Source: an uncultured Pelagibacteraceae bacterium (lineage in GTDB: Bacteria; Pseudomonadota; Alphaproteobacteria; Pelagibacterales; Pelagibacteraceae). Taken from it: 64,000 nt of DNA. The DNA lies in NCBI GenBank assembly GCA_902565385.1, contig CACFEW010000001.1, positions 64,361 through 128,360 of the forward strand, written 5' to 3'. Shown here piece by piece: positions 60,956-64,000 of this stretch; the first letter of the stretch is position 1; each line of letters opens with the position of its first letter. The notes beneath the pieces were generated by a model. It did not search any database. It was not told where the DNA came from and worked only from the letters and a program-made list of their open reading frames with translations. The translations under genes and the position numbers were made by a program.

Positions 60956-61289
60956 TAATTTACGTCTAATAATCGATAATGTTAATAAAAATAATATCGA
61001 GGAAAAACATTTTTTTGAAAAAGATGAATTAAAAATTATTTTAGACTTATACGCTAAAATGGTCTCTGAAGGATCATGGAAAGACTATGGACTTAATATT
61101 TCAAGCAAACAAGTTGGTTTTAGTGTTTTTAAAAATACTACAGAAAATGCTCTGTATAAGATTTGTAAAAATTTTAAGCCAAAGAATAAAAATCTTAAAT
61201 ACTTAATCACCGATGCTAATGGGAAAATATTTAGGAATTCGTCTGATTTAAATAGTTTGTTAAAAAATATTGATTGGAAAAAACTTTAA
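60948..61289 (+). CDS. DUF2794 family protein
   Basis: FEKDELKIILDLYAKMVSEGSWKDYG...FSVFK. Confidence 0.8.
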   Translation: MNNNLRLIIDNVNKNNIEEKHFFEKDELKIILDLYAKMVSEGSWKDYGLNISSKQVGFSVFKNTTENALYKICKNFKPKNKNLKYLITDANGKIFRNSSDLNSLLKNIDWKKL

Positions 61290-61290
61290 A

Positions 61291-62055
61291 TTATCTTCTT
61301 TGACCAAAAAGTCTTAGCAACATGATAAATAAATTAATAAAGTCTAAATAAAGTGTTAATGCACCCATTACAGCTTTTTTACCCATTAATTCACCTGTGT
61401 CACTTGCTGCATACATGTTTTTAATTTTTTGTGTATCGTAAGCAGTAAGTCCTACAAAAATTAAAACACCTAAAATAGAAATTACGAAATACATCATTGA
61501 AGATTTCATAAATATATTAACTATTGATGCGATAATAATACCAATTAAACCCATCATTAAAAAAGATCCTAATTTTGTTAAATCTCTTTTTGTTGTATAT
61601 CCATATATACTCATTGCTCCAAATGTTGCGGAACAAATGAAAAATACTCTTGTGATACTCATGCCAGTATAAACTAATAAAATTGACGAAAGAGACAGAC
61701 CCATTAATGCAGCAAAAATCCAAAAAGTTGTTTGCGCTTTAGCTGCACTCATTTTATTTATACCAAAGCTCATATAAAACACGATTCCAAGCGGAGCTAA
61801 CATTACAAGCCATTTAAGCCCAGACATATAGATCGCGTTACCCACTTGAGTTAGTCCAACAATAGATCCTGAGCTATCAGTCACGACAGACATTTTGAAA
61901 GTTATAAGGGCAATAATCCCTGTCATAAGGATTCCAGTTGCCATGTAGTTATATACTTTTAACATGTAGGCTCTTAAGCCTTCATCTGTTACTGCAGTTG
62001 ATTGTTGTGCAGCCTCTTTTGCTCTACTAAGTATACCTTTTTTATTAAATTCCAT
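61291..62055 (-). CDS. Bax inhibitor-1/YccA (YbhL) family membrane protein
   Basis: GLRAYMLKVYNYM, YGYTTKRDL, AYDTQKIK, ALTLYLDFINLF. Confidence 0.93.
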   Translation of the reverse strand: MEFNKKGILSRAKEAAQQSTAVTDEGLRAYMLKVYNYMATGILMTGIIALITFKMSVVTDSSGSIVGLTQVGNAIYMSGLKWLVMLAPLGIVFYMSFGINKMSAAKAQTTFWIFAALMGLSLSSILLVYTGMSITRVFFICSATFGAMSIYGYTTKRDLTKLGSFLMMGLIGIIIASIVNIFMKSSMMYFVISILGVLIFVGLTAYDTQKIKNMYAASDTGELMGKKAVMGALTLYLDFINLFIMLLRLFGQRR

Positions 62056-62132
62056 AGAGTAACATATATAATCTTTTAATAATTATTCAAGATATCAAAA
62101 AAAACAATAAATGACTAATATTATAAATATCA

Positions 62133-63173
62133 ATGAATTACAAAAAATTAGGAAATACTGATCTAGATGTAAGTACAATTTGTCTCGGCACAATGACCTG
62201 GGGTGAACAAAATTCAGAGAAAGAGGGTTTTGAACAAATGGATTTTGCTTTGAACCAGGGAGTAAATTTTTGGGATACAGCTGAAATATATTCAATTCCA
62301 ATGCGAGAAGAAACCTATGGAGAAACTGAAAAAATAATTGGTAATTGGTTTCAAAAAACAAAAAAAAGGAATGACGTTGTTCTTGCTACTAAAGTTTGTG
62401 GAAATACATCGAACAAATATATTAGAGGTGGTGGAAATAGTTTTGGTGGAAAAAAAATTAAAGAAGCATTAGATGAAAGTTTAAGGAGATTAAAAACAGA
62501 CTATATTGACTTATATCAACTTCACTGGCCTGAAAGAAACACAAATTTTTTTGGTGATTACGGTTATGAGCATGACGAAAATGATAAAGATTGGACACCT
62601 TTTGAAGAAATTCTAGAAAGTTTAAAAAAATTTATTGAACAAGGTAAAATTAGATATGTAGGCTTGTCGAATGAAACTGCTTGGGGTTTATCAAAATTTC
62701 TTGAACTCTCAAAGATGAAAGGGCTTCCAAAAATGATGTCAGTACAAAATCCTTACAACTTACTAAATCGAACGTATGAGGTTGGTTTAGCCGAAATTTC
62801 TATTAGGGAGCAAAGCGGATTATTAGCTTACTCTCCGTTGGCGTTTGGATATTTAACAGGAAAATATAGAAATAATAAATTACCAGCAAAATCGAGAATG
62901 CAATTATTTAAAAATTTTAACAGATATAAAAATGAAAATGGTCAAAAAGCTATTGACGAATACTACAAAATTTCAAAAAAATATAATTTAGATTTTACTC
63001 AAATGTCCTTAAAATTCTGTGAAATTCAACATTTCACCACTAGTGTTATTATTGGGGCAACGACAATGGAACAGTTGAAAACAAATATAGAAAGTGTAAA
63101 TGTAAATTTAAACAGCGATATAATAAATGATATTAATAAAATTCAACAAAAATACCCTAATCCATGTCCATAA
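62133..63173 (+). CDS. tas: NADP(H)-dependent aldo-keto reductase (Tas-like)
   Basis: CLGTMTWGEQN, DTAEIY, YQLHWPER, GLSNETAWG, C-terminal PNPCP. Confidence 0.9.
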   Translation: MNYKKLGNTDLDVSTICLGTMTWGEQNSEKEGFEQMDFALNQGVNFWDTAEIYSIPMREETYGETEKIIGNWFQKTKKRNDVVLATKVCGNTSNKYIRGGGNSFGGKKIKEALDESLRRLKTDYIDLYQLHWPERNTNFFGDYGYEHDENDKDWTPFEEILESLKKFIEQGKIRYVGLSNETAWGLSKFLELSKMKGLPKMMSVQNPYNLLNRTYEVGLAEISIREQSGLLAYSPLAFGYLTGKYRNNKLPAKSRMQLFKNFNRYKNENGQKAIDEYYKISKKYNLDFTQMSLKFCEIQHFTTSVIIGATTMEQLKTNIESVNVNLNSDIINDINKIQQKYPNPCP

Positions 63174-63670
63174 TTAAAAAACTTATCTACACATTTTTAT
63201 TTTTAATCATTCCAATTACATTTAGTTTAGCTGATATAAAAAAAGTTGGTAAGTTCAAAGATTGGGAAACATTAGTAATTCAAGAAAGTTCTGGAAAAGT
63301 TTGTTTTGCTCAATCTACTCCAGTTTTACAGGCACCAAAAACCAATAAAAGAGATGCTAGATTATTCGTTACCTTCAGACCAAATGAAAAAATTTCTAAC
63401 GAGATAAGTGCAACCGCTGGCTATGAATTTAATAAGAATAACACTGTTTTAGCAACTTCAGGAAATAATAAATTTAAATTTGACATTAAACAACAGGGTT
63501 TTGCTTGGATGACGAGTAATAAAAAAGAAAACATAATGGTTAAAGTTATGAAAAAAGGATCAAGAATTATGGTTACTGGTTATAATGAGAAAGGTTCACA
63601 AACCATAGATCATTATTCGTTATTGGGATTTACAAAAGCCTATAACTTGGCAAAAAAAAGTTGTGCATAG
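63164..63670 (+). CDS. invasion-associated locus B (IalB) family exported protein
   Basis: Signal peptide, GKFKDW, KVCFA, MKKG, DHYSLLGFTKA, terminal Cys. Confidence 0.8.
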   Translation: MSIIKKLIYTFLFLIIPITFSLADIKKVGKFKDWETLVIQESSGKVCFAQSTPVLQAPKTNKRDARLFVTFRPNEKISNEISATAGYEFNKNNTVLATSGNNKFKFDIKQQGFAWMTSNKKENIMVKVMKKGSRIMVTGYNEKGSQTIDHYSLLGFTKAYNLAKKSCA

Positions 63671-63676
63671 ATTTTG

Positions 63677-64000
63677 ATGAATGATGGGGTTAAAAATATT
63701 CATAATTTATGGCCATTAAATATTGGCGACTTTCATAATAGTGATCACCCTAAAATTAAAGAAGAGTTATTAAATTTTTTCAAATTATATGAAAAAAAAT
63801 TACCTGATGGAAATAGTCAATTAAAAGATAAGGATCATGTTGGAAATCATAATCTTTATCAAAGTAATTATGATTTACATAATGAAGATAGTGAAATACT
63901 AAAAAAACTTTTTCATTTTATTGCAAAATCAGTTTTAGATGTAAGTAAAATAGCTAACCAAAAACTTATAGATAAGCTAAGTGAACAAGAAAAAAAATAT
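63677..64000 (+). CDS. hypothetical protein, partial; N-terminus resembles TIGR02466-type putative 2OG-Fe(II) oxygenases
   Basis: Open frame from ATG 63677 to window end: MNDGVKNIHNLWPLNIG...LYQSNYDLH; catalytic residues not visible in window. Confidence 0.55.
   Translation, partial: MNDGVKNIHNLWPLNIGDFHNSDHPKIKEELLNFFKLYEKKLPDGNSQLKDKDHVGNHNLYQSNYDLHNEDSEILKKLFHFIAKSVLDVSKIANQKLIDKLSEQEKKY

Overview
Very AT-rich, densely packed alphaproteobacterial chromosome segment. Gene content and order look like Pelagibacterales (SAR11); this is inferred, not searched. About 1-23 kb is housekeeping: DUF502, M48 peptidase, tRNA-Lys, tgt, cyclophilin, coaD, gyrA, ssb, uvrA, secDF-yajC, serS, tatABC, scpAB, nagZ, argS, dgt, erpA, xth. 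Next comes a Zur-controlled znuA/znuCB-zur locus. A ~17 kb phosphate-starvation cluster follows (arsC-aquaglyceroporin-NUDIX, ppx-ppk1, sixA, phoB-phoU-pstBACS, phoR, agt-plcP-dagK lipid remodelling), then manC-ilvD-valS, tRNA-Cys/Asn, an aap amino-acid ABC transporter, tRNA-Arg, trkH, ccm genes and more core genes. Main observations: (1) an unannotated two-hairpin minus-strand sRNA candidate (~29060-29154) behind Pho-box-like repeats, whose loop is complementary to the RBS/start codon of aapJ in this same window; (2) a second minus-strand stem-loop RNA upstream of ccmC with a similar loop; (3) a recurrent 11-bp-period TGTAAY Pho-box variant that also precedes the ArsR-less arsenic operon; (4) an in-frame CcmF(N)-TrkA(C) chimera that is either a deletion or an assembly artefact. 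No CRISPR, transposase or integrase was seen.
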